From Eledone cirrhosa (taxonomy: Eukaryota): a stretch of DNA of 64,000 nt. The position numbers and the translations under genes are program-made. The DNA lies in NCBI GenBank assembly GCA_964016885.1, contig OZ024742.1:65534001-65598000 (forward strand), read 5' to 3'. A model generated the notes under the pieces. The model saw only the letters and a list, made by a program, of their open reading frames with translations. It made no database searches and had not been told where the DNA came from. Shown here piece by piece: positions 1 to 13,374 of this stretch. Numbering within the stretch: the stretch's first letter is position 1; each line of letters starts with the position of its first letter.

Positions 1-211
1 TTATTAGAAATGTAAGCTATCGCCGTATTTTGACTAAAGAAATTAAAGAAATTATTTAGCCTGATAGTGGGGTTAAGAACCCTCGGAGAAATGGAAAAAG
101 ATGAGTATTGACGTCCCATGTACGTCAATACTCATCTTTTTCCATTTCTCCGAGGGTTCTTAACCCCACTATCAAGCTAAATAATTTCTTTAATTTCTTT
201 AGTCAAAATAC

Positions 212-212
<1 letters not shown>
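1..212 (-). mobile_element. Family A short fold-back element (hairpin arms ~24-113 / 122-212), followed by (TA)n
   Basis: Near-perfect inverted repeat cgtattttgact...gagtattgacgt / acgtcaatactc...agtcaaaatacg; the same sequence recurs at ~12033-12225 and ~28516-28830. Confidence 0.8.
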
Positions 213-252
<40 letters not shown>

Positions 253-285
253 AAAGTTTTATTTAAAATTGTTGGGTTACAACGA

Positions 286-1324
286 GTAGACGTAACATTA
301 AATCTCAACACATGTCTTCACTATCCATTTCACAAGTTAAATGAAAACTTGAATTATGTCAATTTTAGCTCCAATCACCCCAGATCTGTCAAAAATACTA
401 TAGTGAACTCTGTTCAAAATCGTATCTCTAGAATCTCTTCCAATAAAAATATTTTTGACGAAAAAGCCCAGTATTATAATGAAGCGTTAGCTAGAGCAGG
501 ATATAGTGATAACATTATGTACATCGATAATAGACAAACTAACCAAAATAACAACAATTTTAATTACGGTAACAACTTTAACAACTATAATAGAAAGCAT
601 TACAATAATTCCAAAAACCAGAAAAGAAATAGAACTAGAAATATAATATGGTTTGCCCCCCCCCCCCCCTTTCTCACTAAACATTAAAACCCACATCGCT
701 AAACTATTTTTTAATGCTCTTGACAAACGCTTCCCTAGAACACATAAGTATCACTCAATTTTCAATAGACATACTATAAAATTAACATACTCGTCCACCA
801 AAAATTTAGCACAAAATATTAATAGAATAAATAATAGGAATCTAAAACCTAGCCAAAATACCGAAAATAGCCTAAACAATATTCAAGTAAACAACTGTAA
901 CTGTAGAGATAGATCTAAATGTCCGCTAAATAACAATTGATTAGTTAAAAATATAATATACAACTGTAATGCTAAAACTGACTTAAATTCTTTTAATTAT
1001 GTTGGTTCCACCTCGACAGAATTTAAACTTCGCTATAATAATCACAAGAATTCTTTCACGGATCCAAATAAAAAATCTTCAACATCACTATCAGGCTTAC
1101 TCTGGCAACTTAAACATGATAATGTTGGATATTCGATGGTTTGGAATATAGTCTCAAAAGGGATTCCTTTTAATTCCTCTTCTGAGACATGTGACCTCTG
1201 CGCGGAGGAGATATTCTTTATACTAAAATCTAAAAATTCCCTTAATTTACGGACCAATTTATTCAGCTGCTGCAGACATAGATTGAACTCAACTTTTAAA
1301 TATAAATATAAATTTAAAATGTAG
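286..1324 (+). pseudogene. PLE RT-thumb / linker / GIY-YIG endonuclease coding remnant
   Basis: VDVTLNL..YPFHK..YV..SNHP, IIWFAPPF, CNCR..CPL..., IIY...YVGST..FKLRYNNH, CDLC, CCRH motifs. One frameshift in the poly-C run (~656-669) and one in-frame TGA at 938-940. Confidence 0.88.
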
Positions 1325-2870
1325 TATATTTACTTAAGATTTTTAACTATTTATGAAACTTGGCGATAAATCTTTCGATTCCTTCAATTTTTTTTTTTTT
1401 TTCAAAAACCTTTCTGCATGAATATATAATTAATGAGATTAATTAAACTACCCTAAAATGGCGATGTTCCCAATCTATTGAATACATTTTTTAAGCTAGA
1501 TAAACTTCTATAATAAATATAAGAGCATTTGTAGAATAAGTTTTTGAATGATTTCTGCTAAATAAGTTTTGTTGAACAATTTTGGTTTTTGTTTGCTTTT
1601 GATTCTGATTGCTTCTAATGAACTTGACAATATATTGTCAAATAAATTGGAAGGGTGGTTTTATGTGATTGATATGCGTGGCATACTATGTTCTCTTACG
1701 TCCCTAGATACTCTGGGGAGTGACGAAGATATTCTTGGCGTTTTTAATTTTTAATATATTGATATCTGTTGTCTATTCTATGCTTGAACGATAATCATGT
1801 AAGTGAGGGCAAGAATATTACTATTAATATTAATGTATATTTTATGTCTATATATATATGTATGTACATATATATATGGTTGAATCTTTTGTAACGCAAT
1901 GAAGATTTTCATGAAAAATAAGAATTTGCAGAGCAGATCACGTAAGTTCACATGTGTGTATATAATTGTCAACTTGAATTTGAGATAACCTTCTCTTTTC
2001 TCTTTTTCCTTTTTTCATGAAAATGCATATATACTTATGTATTTTTGAAGTTTTGTCTCAGATTTTGCTTATAAACCTAAGAATTTTTAAACTAAACATG
2101 GGGTCATTATTTTTTTAATTTATTTTTTTTTATTTTTTTATTTTTTCATTTTTTCACACATTATGGATATGTGTCTCATTCATGAATATTGATATTTACA
2201 TTATAATACCTAATTCATAAAAATTGATAATTCAAATGGATGAGACATAATATTTTAAATATATCATCTTTCTTTCTTTTTCTCCTCTACACTTGACGGG
2301 ATTTATGTGTCGGCTGTTTTAACTGTATCTCTCCCACCTCGTATGATAGATATTTACTCGATCTACCTCTTTTCTCCCACCACCTATATCTCTCTCTACC
2401 TCTCTTTATTTATCTATTTATTTCTCTCCGTATCCTTAACACTATAACTAAATAAATAAATAAATAAATAATTACAGTACCCCCTTCCCTCCTTAACCTC
2501 TCACTGTACGCTGATCATCTGTCCCCAAGCTGCCTACCATTTTTCACTTCCTCAATATATTTCTCTCTCCCATATCTCCTTCTCTCTATCTCGCTCTGTT
2601 GTTTTTCTTTACATACATCTCTTCATCTTCTTCCCTAACTGTCCTTAGCACTATACACTCTCTTTCTTCTTCTCTTCGTCCTTAGCACTATACACTTTCC
2701 TCTTTTTTCTTTTTTCTCTTCGTTTTTTCTCTTCGTTTTTTTTCTCTTCGTTTTTCTTCGTCTTTCTTTATAACTGTCCTTAACAGTTTCACTACCAAAT
2801 CAACTTTTTAAATGGAAGTTGCATTATTTTAAGGTATGTCAAATTTATTTATAAAACGGCTTATATATTG

Positions 2871-2936
2871 TATTTTGTCTGAGGAAGGCATACCATATTT
2901 TTAATATGATATCCCTGAAATATATATAATGAAATA
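2871..2936 (+). ncRNA. Hammerhead ribozyme (type I, minimal), family D
   Basis: tattttgt-CTGAGGA-aggcatacc...gatatccct-GAAA-tatata-ta^atgaaata; stem I pairs, stem III palindromic. Confidence 0.7.
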
Positions 2937-3008
2937 AATATGGTTTTATAAAAATAGTTTCCATTTGTTTAATATCGTATATATATATATATATATATAT
3001 ATTAATAT

Positions 3009-3650
3009 AGAAATTTCGTATTTCGAAAGAAATACGATTTTAGGAAGCCGTAGCTATGCAAACACCGGGGGGCTAACGCCCTCTAGTGATGTCCAGCAGA
3101 AGGAAAGGGGACAACCGTCTACGCATTTCAGGCTTAACTCGCCTTCGTCAGGACGATCCCTCTCACCGCTTGCTACTGCTGAACTATAAGACAGCCAAGA
3201 ATATATAGTTTTCTCGTCTGTGTAAATGAGGTGATTAATTTCATTTGCATATGAAGCTGCATAGTTGGCTCAACTTATAACAGCAAAGAAATAAGTTTTC
3301 GCTTCGAGTTTGATACGAAATCTTATTTCTTTGCTGTTATAAGTTGAGCCAACTTATGCAGCTTCATATGGATATGAGATTAATCACCTCATTTACACAG
3401 ACGAGAAAACTATATATTCTTGGCTGCCTTATAGTTCAGCAGTAGCAAGCGGTGAGAGGAATCGTCATGACGAAGGCCAGTTAAGCCTGAAATGCGTAGA
3501 CGGTTGTCCCCCTTCCTTCTGCTGGACATCACTAGAGGGCGTTAGCCCCCCGGTGTTTGCATAGCTACGGCTTCCTAAAACCGTATTTCTTTCGCAATAC
3601 GAAATTTCTATACATATTGTATAAAGCTATGCTTGAAGCGAAATTTTGTT
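3009..3650 (+). mobile_element. Family B fold-back element (~290-bp arms) with hammerhead
   Basis: ~3009-3296 is the reverse complement of ~3322-3610; second copy at ~29787-30130. Confidence 0.85.
3116..3155 (-). ncRNA. Minimal hammerhead ribozyme, family B
   Basis: cgtc-CTGACGA-aggc gagttaa gcct-GAAA-tgcg-ta^gacg; mirror copy at 3463-3502 (+) has ATGACGA. Confidence 0.85.
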
Positions 3651-3655
3651 TCTTT

Positions 3656-3720
<65 letters not shown>

Positions 3721-3767
3721 ATATATACGATATTAACAAATGGAAACTATATTTATAAAACCATATT

Positions 3768-3832
3768 TATTTCATTATACATATTTCAAGGATACCAAGT
3801 TAAATTATGGTATGCCTTCATCAGACAAAATA
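3768..3832 (-). ncRNA. Hammerhead ribozyme, family D (short solo copy ~3740-3905)
   Basis: tattttgt-CTGATGA-aggcatacc...ggtatcctt-GAAA-tatgta-ta^atgaaata. Confidence 0.75.
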
Positions 3833-4442
3833 CAATATATACCAGTTTTATAAATAGACATTGACGTACCCTTTCAAAATGCAACCGTTACTTTTGGAAG
3901 ACATCAGGATATATATATATACATACACACACACATATATATACACACACACATATATAATATATGTATGTATATATAATATATATATCTATATGTATAT
4001 AGTTACACATATACATACATCCATACATATATGTATTTATTAATTTGTATATATATATACATATGATTATATATATATATATATACACGTGTATTTTGAA
4101 GTGAATCAATACATATATTGACAGGCTTATACAACGTATGATCATATATAGCCTGCGAATATAATCCCAGTATCCCACACAAGATAACGCATGCATAAAA
4201 CACATATAGATACAAGTTACATGTCATTTCTTTAACATCCATTTATTTACCCATACGTAAGTACGTAAGTACGTACATACATACATGATGGCTGCAAGCT
4301 AAGAGTATTGCACTCGCTTGTCAGATTATAGATTTTGGTGCACTCTTAGGCTACGGCCAGCCACACGATGCTGTAACATATGCTGAACAAGCAATGCCTG
4401 TGCTTTGAAGGTTTTTTACATACATACATATATACATAGATA

Positions 4443-4795
4443 CATGACGGCTGCCCCCTCGTTATCGAGTATGGCCATTGCACTATACACCATTATTAAT
4501 AATTATTAATTAATTCTATCGTGTAATGCCTGTGCGTGAAGATATTTTTTAAAGTGAGGAAAGACTGTGCACTGAGCCAATCCCACTCTCTGAGCGACAG
4601 TAGCTATAACCCGAAAAGAAGAAAAGATCAACATCATCGGTAACTGCTGAGCCGCAGTTTTTATATCGGAGTTATCCCAGTTTCCTGAGTTGCCTTCTCC
4701 TAGAAGAATGCCCTGCCCAAAGGCTAGGGGTCCTTCACTCCCAGTGGTTTAACCACGCGCTCGGATGTCAAGCCCGACTATTTCTATGTCCCCAC
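4443..4795 (-). mobile_element. Non-autonomous retroelement (probably RTE-related) with (ATGT)n-type tail
   Basis: Nearly identical to 43665-44015; related to 22268-22965 and 33960-34340. Confidence 0.6.
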
Positions 4796-4946
4796 GCATA
4801 TACATACAATGCACCCATGTATATACACATATACATACATATGTACATGTGTATATACATACATACGTGTGTATATACGTGTGTATAAACATTCCTATTG
4901 GAAACCACATTCATGATAAAATATATAAATTTACTGAAACCTCTCT

Positions 4947-5057
<111 letters not shown>

Positions 5058-5060
5058 TGC

Positions 5061-5180
5061 ACGGTTCAATCGGGGGTAACCACGGTAAGTAAAGTATGCA
5101 TTATATCAATAGAGTATTGATATTTAAATGGCTTATACAACACTAGAACTGTTTCATTCAAAAGAAAGCCCTTTTCTGAT
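5061..5180 (-). mobile_element. Family I short (TA)n-embedded element
   Basis: Homologous to 15676-15815, 29530-29600 and 32350-32457 (cggttcaatcgggggtaacc...ctgtttcattc). Confidence 0.6.
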
Positions 5181-5308
5181 TATATATATATATAATCTAC
5201 CTGTCGAAACGGCCGGAGTTCCTCGGTCGGGATCCTCAATCTTTTCATATATATATATACATATATACATATACATATATACATAGATCAACCACCAGTC
5301 ACATCCTG

Positions 5309-6454
5309 ATGCTGAGGAGGATATTAGAGGGAGCTAGAGCAAAGTGCCTTCCTGCGGTCATGGTTTTCATTGACTTTAGGAAGGCCTTTGATTCTGTTGA
5401 CCGTTACTGCCTGATGAAGATCTTACAGGATTATGGAATCCCCAAGAAGATAGTGGACCTGATATCACTGCTCTACACCAACACCAAAGCCCAAGTCATT
5501 ACACCTGATGGAATGACAGAGTTCTTTGAGATACTGGCTGGAGTGCTCCAGGGAGATACATTGGCTCCCTACCTTTTTATCATCGTAGTGGACTATTGTA
5601 TGCGCCTTGCACTGGAGAAACACCAGGACTTTGGCTTTACTGTAGCACCGGCTCAGAGCAGGAGAGTTAGGGCGAAAAAGGTATCGGATGCTGAATTTGC
5701 CGACGACATAGTTTTGGTGACAAATACAGTGAAGGAGGCAGAGGATTTGATGCGGGAGGTTGAGACTGTGTCGATGAGTGTTGGGCTGAAAATGAATGAG
5801 ACTAAAACAAAATATCTAGTAGAGAATGTTGAGAAGCCAGAGGGGATCACTAATGTAGGCGGGAAGCCGCTAGAATTGGTTGAGGGCTTCCTGTATTTGG
5901 GAGCAAAGATTGGGAATACGGAAGACGATGTGGTTGAGAGGAAGCGCAAAGCCTGGGCGGCGTGCCACAGCTTGAGATCGGTGTGGAAGTCGGACCTTCG
6001 TGAAGACCTGAAAAACCGCCTCTTCATTGCTGTAGTGGAGTCTGTGCTGCTGTATGGGTCTGAGACTTGGACACTGACCAAGAAACTCACTCAGATGGTG
6101 GATGGGTGCTACACGAGAATGCTGAGGATGGCTCTGAACATTAATCAGTATACACTGAGGATGAAAAACTCAGAGCTGTATGGGAGCATCCCAAAAGTCA
6201 GCTCAAAAGTGACACAGAGGAGACTGAGGTTACCTGGACATGCTCACCGACATCCAGAGATGACATTGTACTCAGTGCTCTTTTGGGAGCCCCTACATGG
6301 ACTCACTAGAAGAGGAAGACCAAGGTTAACGTATGTTGATGCCCTAAGGACAGACACTGGTCTGTTGGAGACGCAGGACATGGCAGCGATAATGAGGGAC
6401 AGAGACCGCTGGAGAGAACTCGTCCATGGATCTCGGGAATTTTACCCGCCTTAG
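5309..6454 (+). CDS. RTE-clade LINE reverse transcriptase, 5'-truncated
   Basis: FIDFRKAFDSV, GVLQGDTLAP, FADD, LLYGSETW and RGRPRLTY motifs; element ends just after the stop codon. Confidence 0.92.
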   Translation: MLRRILEGARAKCLPAVMVFIDFRKAFDSVDRYCLMKILQDYGIPKKIVDLISLLYTNTKAQVITPDGMTEFFEILAGVLQGDTLAPYLFIIVVDYCMRLALEKHQDFGFTVAPAQSRRVRAKKVSDAEFADDIVLVTNTVKEAEDLMREVETVSMSVGLKMNETKTKYLVENVEKPEGITNVGGKPLELVEGFLYLGAKIGNTEDDVVERKRKAWAACHSLRSVWKSDLREDLKNRLFIAVVESVLLYGSETWTLTKKLTQMVDGCYTRMLRMALNINQYTLRMKNSELYGSIPKVSSKVTQRRLRLPGHAHRHPEMTLYSVLFWEPLHGLTRRGRPRLTYVDALRTDTGLLETQDMAAIMRDRDRWRELVHGSREFYPP

Positions 6455-6458
6455 AATA

Positions 6459-6494
<36 letters not shown>

Positions 6495-6609
6495 GTAGGT
6501 AGTGTTTTACACGTCAATACCAGTATTTTGGGGGGCAGAATCCATAAGATGGGTGTACGTAATAGCAGCCGAACCTGTATATTGTATTGTCTATATATGT
6601 CCTTTCATT

Positions 6610-6790
6610 TTGGCAGTGTCGGTAGAGGGTCAGACGCCATGCTTTGATGCATAGATTTACAGCCCTTGCCATTCTGAGTGCAAATCTCGCCGAGGTTAAC
6701 TTTGCCTTTCATCCTTACGTAGCCGATAAAATAAAGTACCAGTAATGTACTAGGTAATTGCTGACCTTGTGCCAAAAGTAGAAACAATTA
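6610..6790 (+). mobile_element. Octopus-type tRNA-derived SINE
   Basis: tggcagtgtcggtagag A-box-like, ctgagtgcaaatc B-box-like, actttgcctttcatcc...gataaaataaagtaccagt core; multi-copy in window. Confidence 0.75.
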
Positions 6791-7259
6791 TATTACGATA
6801 TATTCACAGATAACATGTAATCGTATAATTCAACATTCTTCGTATTGATATCTAACGTATTGAGACTATTTCATCTCATCTCATATCACAATATTTACTA
6901 TTTTAAATTTGCATATTTCTTTAGCCGGACAATTCTCTCCTTTATGGTAATCTTAAATTTACCTCCACTGGTTCAAATGTTTTAAACTATTTCATTTTGC
7001 TGAATTACATTTCTCACGTGCACTTACCGCGATAACTTGTTTAGACAAGGCAATGTATGCGTTATTCACCATATATGTATGAAACTGTAACTCCTGAGGG
7101 AGTCGTAGGAGTGCCGGATTGAGTTACGGCGTTCTTAGGGATTTTGTTTTAAACCTGGAGGAGCCCATCTCCTTTCCAGGTCTGAAACAGCAAATTTTTT
7201 CCAGCGAAGGATAGAGAGTGAGAGAATAAAAGTAAAAATATGATATAGTGGAAGAATTG

Positions 7260-7410
7260 ACTCTAGTAATAGACTGGTACTTTTTATCGACCTTGAATTG
7301 ATTAAAAGCGAAGTTGACGTCAGTAGAATTTGAACTTAGAGGGCAGAGAGCCGAACAGAATACCGCAAAGCATTCTTTCCGACATTCTAACGACTCTGCC
7401 AATTCGCCGC
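7260..7410 (-). mobile_element. Octopus-type tRNA-SINE, diverged
   Basis: actggtacttttt atcgacc...gaatttgaact...ctctgccaattcgccgc. Confidence 0.6.
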
Positions 7411-8549
7411 ATCCATCGTATATACTCATTGTATTTAGATTGTTCCGCTATAGCTGCCTGCTAGCGGGACGTTCTTATCCATAGAATCTCTCAAGTAACT
7501 GGTGTATAACTTCAACCAACTATTATACAACTAGTGAGAACGCGACGTCAAAATTTATGGAGATTCGCGCATATATCAAAAGTTATTCATATGTATGACG
7601 TATGTGAAGGAATGATAAAAAGCCTGATAATGGATAAATTGAAGTGGAAACGAGGCTAGGTTTCCGAGATGGACGGATAACTGGTCAATGGAATCTTTCT
7701 CAATATACTTCACTAGGAAATTAGAGGTCAATATTGTAATAGTGTTTGTCGGTATATAGCTTACATTTACTGTAAATATAAAACACCTACCGCTATAGAA
7801 ATATGAACATTATTCGTTTTATTTGTGTCTTCAAATTTTACTTGCTGTTCTAAATTATATATAAACCACTTTCTTTCAGTTTTACACTCTCGACCTCTTT
7901 TCCTAGCCACTCTCTCCCACCTGATCTCTATCTCTCTATTCCCATTTCTCCCAATTTCCGCTCTCGTATTCTATTACCAATTAGGATGTCCGTAGAATTT
8001 AGGTCGTCATATTCTTTTTCTTACTTCTTTGGTCTTTTTTATATCACCTTACCTCGTCATGAAAATCGTATTCTGTCACGCATCATCCATCAATCTCGCA
8101 GCACAAAAACAAGAAGAGAGCGTTTCTTTCTATGAAGTCACTTGCGAGAGAAAGAAGTAGGGAGAAGGGTTGGCTGAAACGTTCATAGGCTGATCAAGTA
8201 CTCTCATACTTCTATTGAAGATGGGTTTACTACATGTCATATGTGTGGCTTCCTTATTTTTTCTGAGCATTGTCTGTTCGATGATTAGATATAAGTTTTA
8301 TCTCAACGATTTCTAGTGAGCCATCATATTCTAGTTTGGTATATTGGTAGAACACTGATTGAGTTCTCACCTACAAGCCATCTTTTCTAGGCAAGTTGTT
8401 TCTCCTTTGTGTGTCACGATTGTATTTCTACACTATCTGTTGATGCACTTTACACTTTGTCTGTGGGTTTCCTTGGAAGACTGTACAACTTCTATTAGTA
8501 TGAGGAGGTGGGGTTCAGAAGTTTCTTCGGACTGGTCAGTCTAGGACAT

Positions 8550-8737
8550 ATAATTGTTTCTACTTTAGGCACAAGGCCAGCAATTACCCAGTGCATTACT
8601 GGTACTTTATTTTATCGACCCCGTAAGGATGAAAGACAAAGTCAACCTCGGCTGGATTTGAACTCAGATCGTAAAGGGACGTAACTATGCTGGAAAGCAT
8701 GGCGTCCGACCCTCTACCGATACTGCCAATCCACGCA
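8550..8737 (-). mobile_element. Octopus-type tRNA-SINE
   Basis: Same family as 6610-6790. Confidence 0.75.
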
Positions 8738-9297
8738 ACTGTGTACCATTATATGCCCATTCCAACGCGAAACATCAGCAGTCAATCTATGACAAACATA
8801 CCAGCAAAATACTGGGTAAACACGTTCCCTAAACACAATTTCCCATCGTGTGAAACAAACAACAAAAACCAAAACAAAATCGTTTAATCTCATGTTGTTT
8901 TAAATATAAATCCTTCTATCTATTTCCTGCATGACATTTGATCTTAGCACTTTGCGAAATTTGGTTCATTTTTGTCTCGTTTTGATCCTCTTCCCAAAAA
9001 TGTGACCTGACCTTTTACTAGAGAAATTAATTTTTCGGTAAAACCTGCATATAACATCAATATTTCTTGGTGTTTACATAAAATGCTATATTAGTTATTT
9101 CTCACCTCCCACACCTCTTACTGAAATATTATATTTCACTACTTTTATTAATGAAAAAAAAAAAAAAATTAAAATAAACTATTCTTTTATAAAGCTTTTG
9201 CATGCTCACAATATTTATTATTATTAATATTATCATTATTGTTATTAAAATTGTTCAGTAAAAAGAACAATTTAAATAGAAACGAATATATAATGAA

Positions 9298-9329
<32 letters not shown>

Positions 9330-9394
9330 CGTATATATATATGTATGTATATTTGTAAATACACACGCACACAAATATATATATATATATATCT

Positions 9395-9517
9395 AGGGAG
9401 TGTAACTTGGAGTTACTGTAGGTTCACTCGGGTGAGCACTCGATGTTTAGGTTCACTTCTGTATCGAGTTGTAGAGCTATACAGAGTGTATTATAACAAT
9501 CGTCCTTGTTATCTTTT

Positions 9518-9520
<3 letters not shown>
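9395..9520 (-). mobile_element. Family K fragment
   Basis: Reverse-complement homology to ~10970-11076. Confidence 0.5.
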
Positions 9521-9559
<39 letters not shown>

Positions 9560-10225
9560 ATATAATATATATATATATTATACATACAATTATACACACC
9601 CCAGTACACACTCACACGTAGATATATATATACATAGATATATGTATCTCTCGGCACAATACAAAGGATATTGCACTAATTTATCTGGTAGCCACAACTT
9701 ATGAAGTTTGTCCTTTTAGTACCAGTTTAGTGGTGTAGCATGAATTGATATTTTCTTCAAGAGTATACTTTTATTTTGAGTAGTGTGTCTTTGCTTCGGT
9801 TAGGTTCGTTTTATCTAGTTGATGGGTAGAGTTGTATAAGAAAAATTATATATATATATATATATAGAAGGCGGCCAACCGGACTAGAAACTGCCAAATA
9901 TTTGGCTGCCTTCTTGTCTCTCTGCCTTTTCAGCCCCATGGATTGTGTCTATTATATTTCTTTGTTAAATTTCGAATACCTGATGATGTCACCGGATTCA
10001 TAAGATCATAAACCTATCAACGTCTACCATCTCCCTAGCACACACACAGTTGGACTAGTCCATATCTAGACTTCATTATCGTATTTTATCCTCCCCTCTG
10101 TTTTACATCAACAACCATGAAAAACCCCCCTATCTCTCTCGTCTTTGTCACATCCTCCTTCTTCTCGACTTCAACTTCACATGAATTCCTATAAAAACCT
10201 GAACATTCTGGTACGGTAAATATAA

Positions 10226-10340
10226 TCTCTGATGATATGGAATCGATTGTGCATTGGATGTCGAATGTTCTACTAACTATATAATAGTATAGATGCAGCG
10301 AGATCTAGGCAAATTGATGTCTATTGAAACGTACGTTAGA
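10226..10340 (+). ncRNA. Hammerhead-like motif with extended stem II
   Basis: tct-CTGATGA-tatggaatcgatt...aattgatgtctatt-GAAA-cgtacg-tt^aga. Confidence 0.55.
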
Positions 10341-10387
10341 ACCGAATAAATCTCTTTTACTGCATCTTTCTGTTCTTTTTGATTCTT

Positions 10388-10442
<55 letters not shown>

Positions 10443-10756
10443 GTATATGTACAAAATTCGCACTGGAAAAAGTCAACGGAAAAAACAACGGAAAGACGGT
10501 CAGTCACATCTCCTGAGTCAACATTTTGAAATCACTACGGTTTCGGTCTATTAAGGTGAATACCATTCCTTTCAGACCACATTGGGACATAACAAAACAA
10601 GTAGAGACAAGTTATGCCTTTAGGCGAATAACACAAATATAGAAGAAAAAAACATCCCATGTACGTCAACTGACAATTTGGGAGAGAACAGTGCGCGAGA
10701 CCTTATGTATATATTTATATATAACATACATTTTATATACACAAATATATATATAT

Positions 10757-11076
10757 AATAATAATAAAAGGACGATTTTTTATGTCTTCATTGCGTTTAT
10801 TGATTGGTTACGCACATTTCGTTATTGATCAGCTCCAGATTCGATCTGTATCGATCTGGCCCGACTCTGGAATCAAACGCTCGTCGGACTTCTGCTGTAG
10901 TAATGATAGAACGAGAAACGCGCGTAACCAATCAATAAACGTAATGTAAACATGAGAAATCGTGTTTTTATTATTATATTTACACTCTGTTTAGCTCAAT
11001 ACCTTACTACAGACGTGAATCTAAGCACCGAGAGCTCACTTGGGTGAATCTACAATAACCGCACGTTAAACTCCCT
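10757..11076 (+). mobile_element. Family K non-autonomous element with ~60-bp internal inverted repeats
   Basis: ataataataaaa...tgattggttacgc (10757-10813) / gcgtaaccaatca...ttattattat (10922-10978). Confidence 0.55.
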
Positions 11077-11111
11077 ATATATATATATATAAATGGAAAA
11101 AATGAAATTTC

Positions 11112-11200
<89 letters not shown>

Positions 11201-11544
11201 CCCCTCTCTCTCTCTTTATATATATATATAATATATATGTATATATATATATGCAAATATGGGGTAAATGATGCCCTTCGGTCACAAATGATAATGGGGA
11301 TTTGAATCTAGAATGTTCCCCTTCTGTGGCACAAGTCCGGGCAATGTTGCTTGTGGAAGACCAACAGTCATCCATGCATATCATTCCCGTCTCCACGTCA
11401 CCGATCTTGTGCAAAGGAAAACCAATGGCCGATACAGTTGGGACCAGCGAATTCGCAACTAATTTCTACAGCTGAGTATGGTTTACTCATATACATATAT
11501 ATATAAATACGTATATATACATATATTCATATATATGTATAAAA

Positions 11545-11581
<37 letters not shown>

Positions 11582-11780
11582 AATATATATACATATATAT
11601 ATGTATATATATATATTCTTGTTACCCATAGGCAGATCTCACACAATGCAGCCTTGACAGATGAATACTGCTTGATTATGGCTGACAACTGATGCAACCA
11701 AGACAACATAGTAAAAAACAATATATGGAACATTATATTATGTAACATTCTCTCATTATTTTAATTTATATTCCTTTGAA

Positions 11781-11900
11781 GTTCCGATGAGCCGCTCTGT
11801 CTTTTAAATATGTTAATTATTTTCAACTGAACCAGATCAATTATGATATATAGTCATCTGATCCAGAAATATTATATGGAGTAGCGAAACAATTGTAAAC
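11781..11900 (+). ncRNA. Hammerhead-like motif (CCGATGA core, long stem II)
   Basis: gtt-CCGATGA-gccgctctgt...atggagtagc-GAAA-caattg-ta^aac. Confidence 0.55.
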
Positions 11901-12032
11901 GGACATTATTATTATTAATATTATTATTATTATTCTCTACATTCCTTACATCAAACTAAAATATGTTGACAATCTTTTAATAATATCTTCCTTGTGAAAT
12001 TTGTGGTCTTGCTTTGCTTAACTAATGAATGT

Positions 12033-12223
12033 CTATTATTATAAATGTAAGCTATCGCCGTATTTTGACTAAAGAAATTAAAGAAATTATTTAGCCTGAT
12101 AGTGGGGTTAAGAACGCTCGGAGAAATGGAAAAAGATAAGTATTGACGTACATGTACGTACATGTACTCATCTTTTTCCATTTCTCCGAGGGTTCTTAAC
12201 CCCACTATCAGGCTAAATAATTT

Positions 12224-12225
<2 letters not shown>
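12033..12225 (-). mobile_element. Family A fold-back element
   Basis: Homologous to 1-212; apex gacgtacatgtacgtacatgtac. Confidence 0.8.
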
Positions 12226-12312
<87 letters not shown>

Positions 12313-12350
12313 ATATGCATATATATATGCATATATATATATATATATAT

Positions 12351-12610
12351 GCAGAAGTTATATTTAATTTGTTGGGATTCCAACAAACTTAAAGTTTTAT
12401 AGCTGATATAGAGCACTCAACTGTTATAGACCACTCAACTATCCAGAGAATTTTCAACCGTCAAGGTTGTTTTCCATGGCTATGTCACTATTTATAAAAC
12501 ACATTTTGTATTTCATCTGATGAAAGTGCACCAAGACTGCCTTGGTTGCCCTTGAGATATATATAATAGAATAATTATGGTTTTATAAATATAATTTCCA
12601 TTTATTAATA
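12351..12610 (+). mobile_element. Family D short copy: inverted tail plus hammerhead (12509-12573, GAGA for GAAA)
   Basis: Homology to 2840-2978 and 62113-62382. Confidence 0.65.
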
Positions 12611-12725
12611 TATATATATATATATGTATATATATATTTATATATATTAGGCTGGGGTTCAACACATATTGTAGTGTATGCTTGTTTTATATAGGTAACC
12701 GCATTACACAGTTGGAGAAGACTTT

Positions 12726-12886
12726 AGTTTCAGAAGATCCCGTTAAGGGTGAAAGCAGCGATCCTTTACTTAAAATTTAATCTGTTATTTTAATAAATAT
12801 TTGCTCTACGGTTCTTATATATTTGATATATATTTATCCTTATCGAGCCCTTTTGGGATTTTAGTCTTCAAATTTATTATTATTAC

Positions 12887-12890
<4 letters not shown>
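12726..12890 (+). mobile_element. Family G short element
   Basis: Homologous to 38298-38497 (tcccgttaagggtgaaagcagcga). Confidence 0.65.
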
Positions 12891-12973
<83 letters not shown>

Positions 12974-13218
12974 GCGTGTGTGTATCTTCTACTATGTTAA
13001 CTGAAGGATCACCTTTACTTAAGACCTCTAACAAAGCACAATAAGTCATAAGAGTTGTGGTGTTATATATTTTTGTTCAGAAATGTTAGCTGGCAGTTGT
13101 TACACTTAGAATTTTATTTTATCTTTTATTCGTCTTGTATGTTTTTGACAGATTGTCAAATCATAAGACCACCAAGCACGTATATATTCATGTGTGTATA
13201 AGTGTGAGTGTATAAGTA

Positions 13219-13266
<48 letters not shown>

Positions 13267-13281
13267 ATTTATATATATTTA

Positions 13282-13374
<93 letters not shown>

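Larger units (their letters stand above)
250..2978 (+). mobile_element. 5'-truncated Penelope-like element (Naiad-like): inverted 3' tail, RT thumb + GIY-YIG ORF, long 3' UTR, hammerhead
   Basis: Flanked by (TA)n. 250-283 is the reverse complement of the family-D tail seen at 62113-62150. ORF 286-1324, hammerhead at 2871-2936. Confidence 0.8.

Noticed and set aside
60-92. CTGATAG-tggggtt aag aaccctc-GGAGAAA as a hammerhead in family A
   Set aside because: Core deviates from CUGANGA, no stem I/III, and it lies on the strand opposite the inferred sense
1325-1700. SECIS candidates downstream of the PLE ORF
   Set aside because: ATGA..AAA motifs are present, but no paired helix with the 3' GA quartet could be drawn by eye
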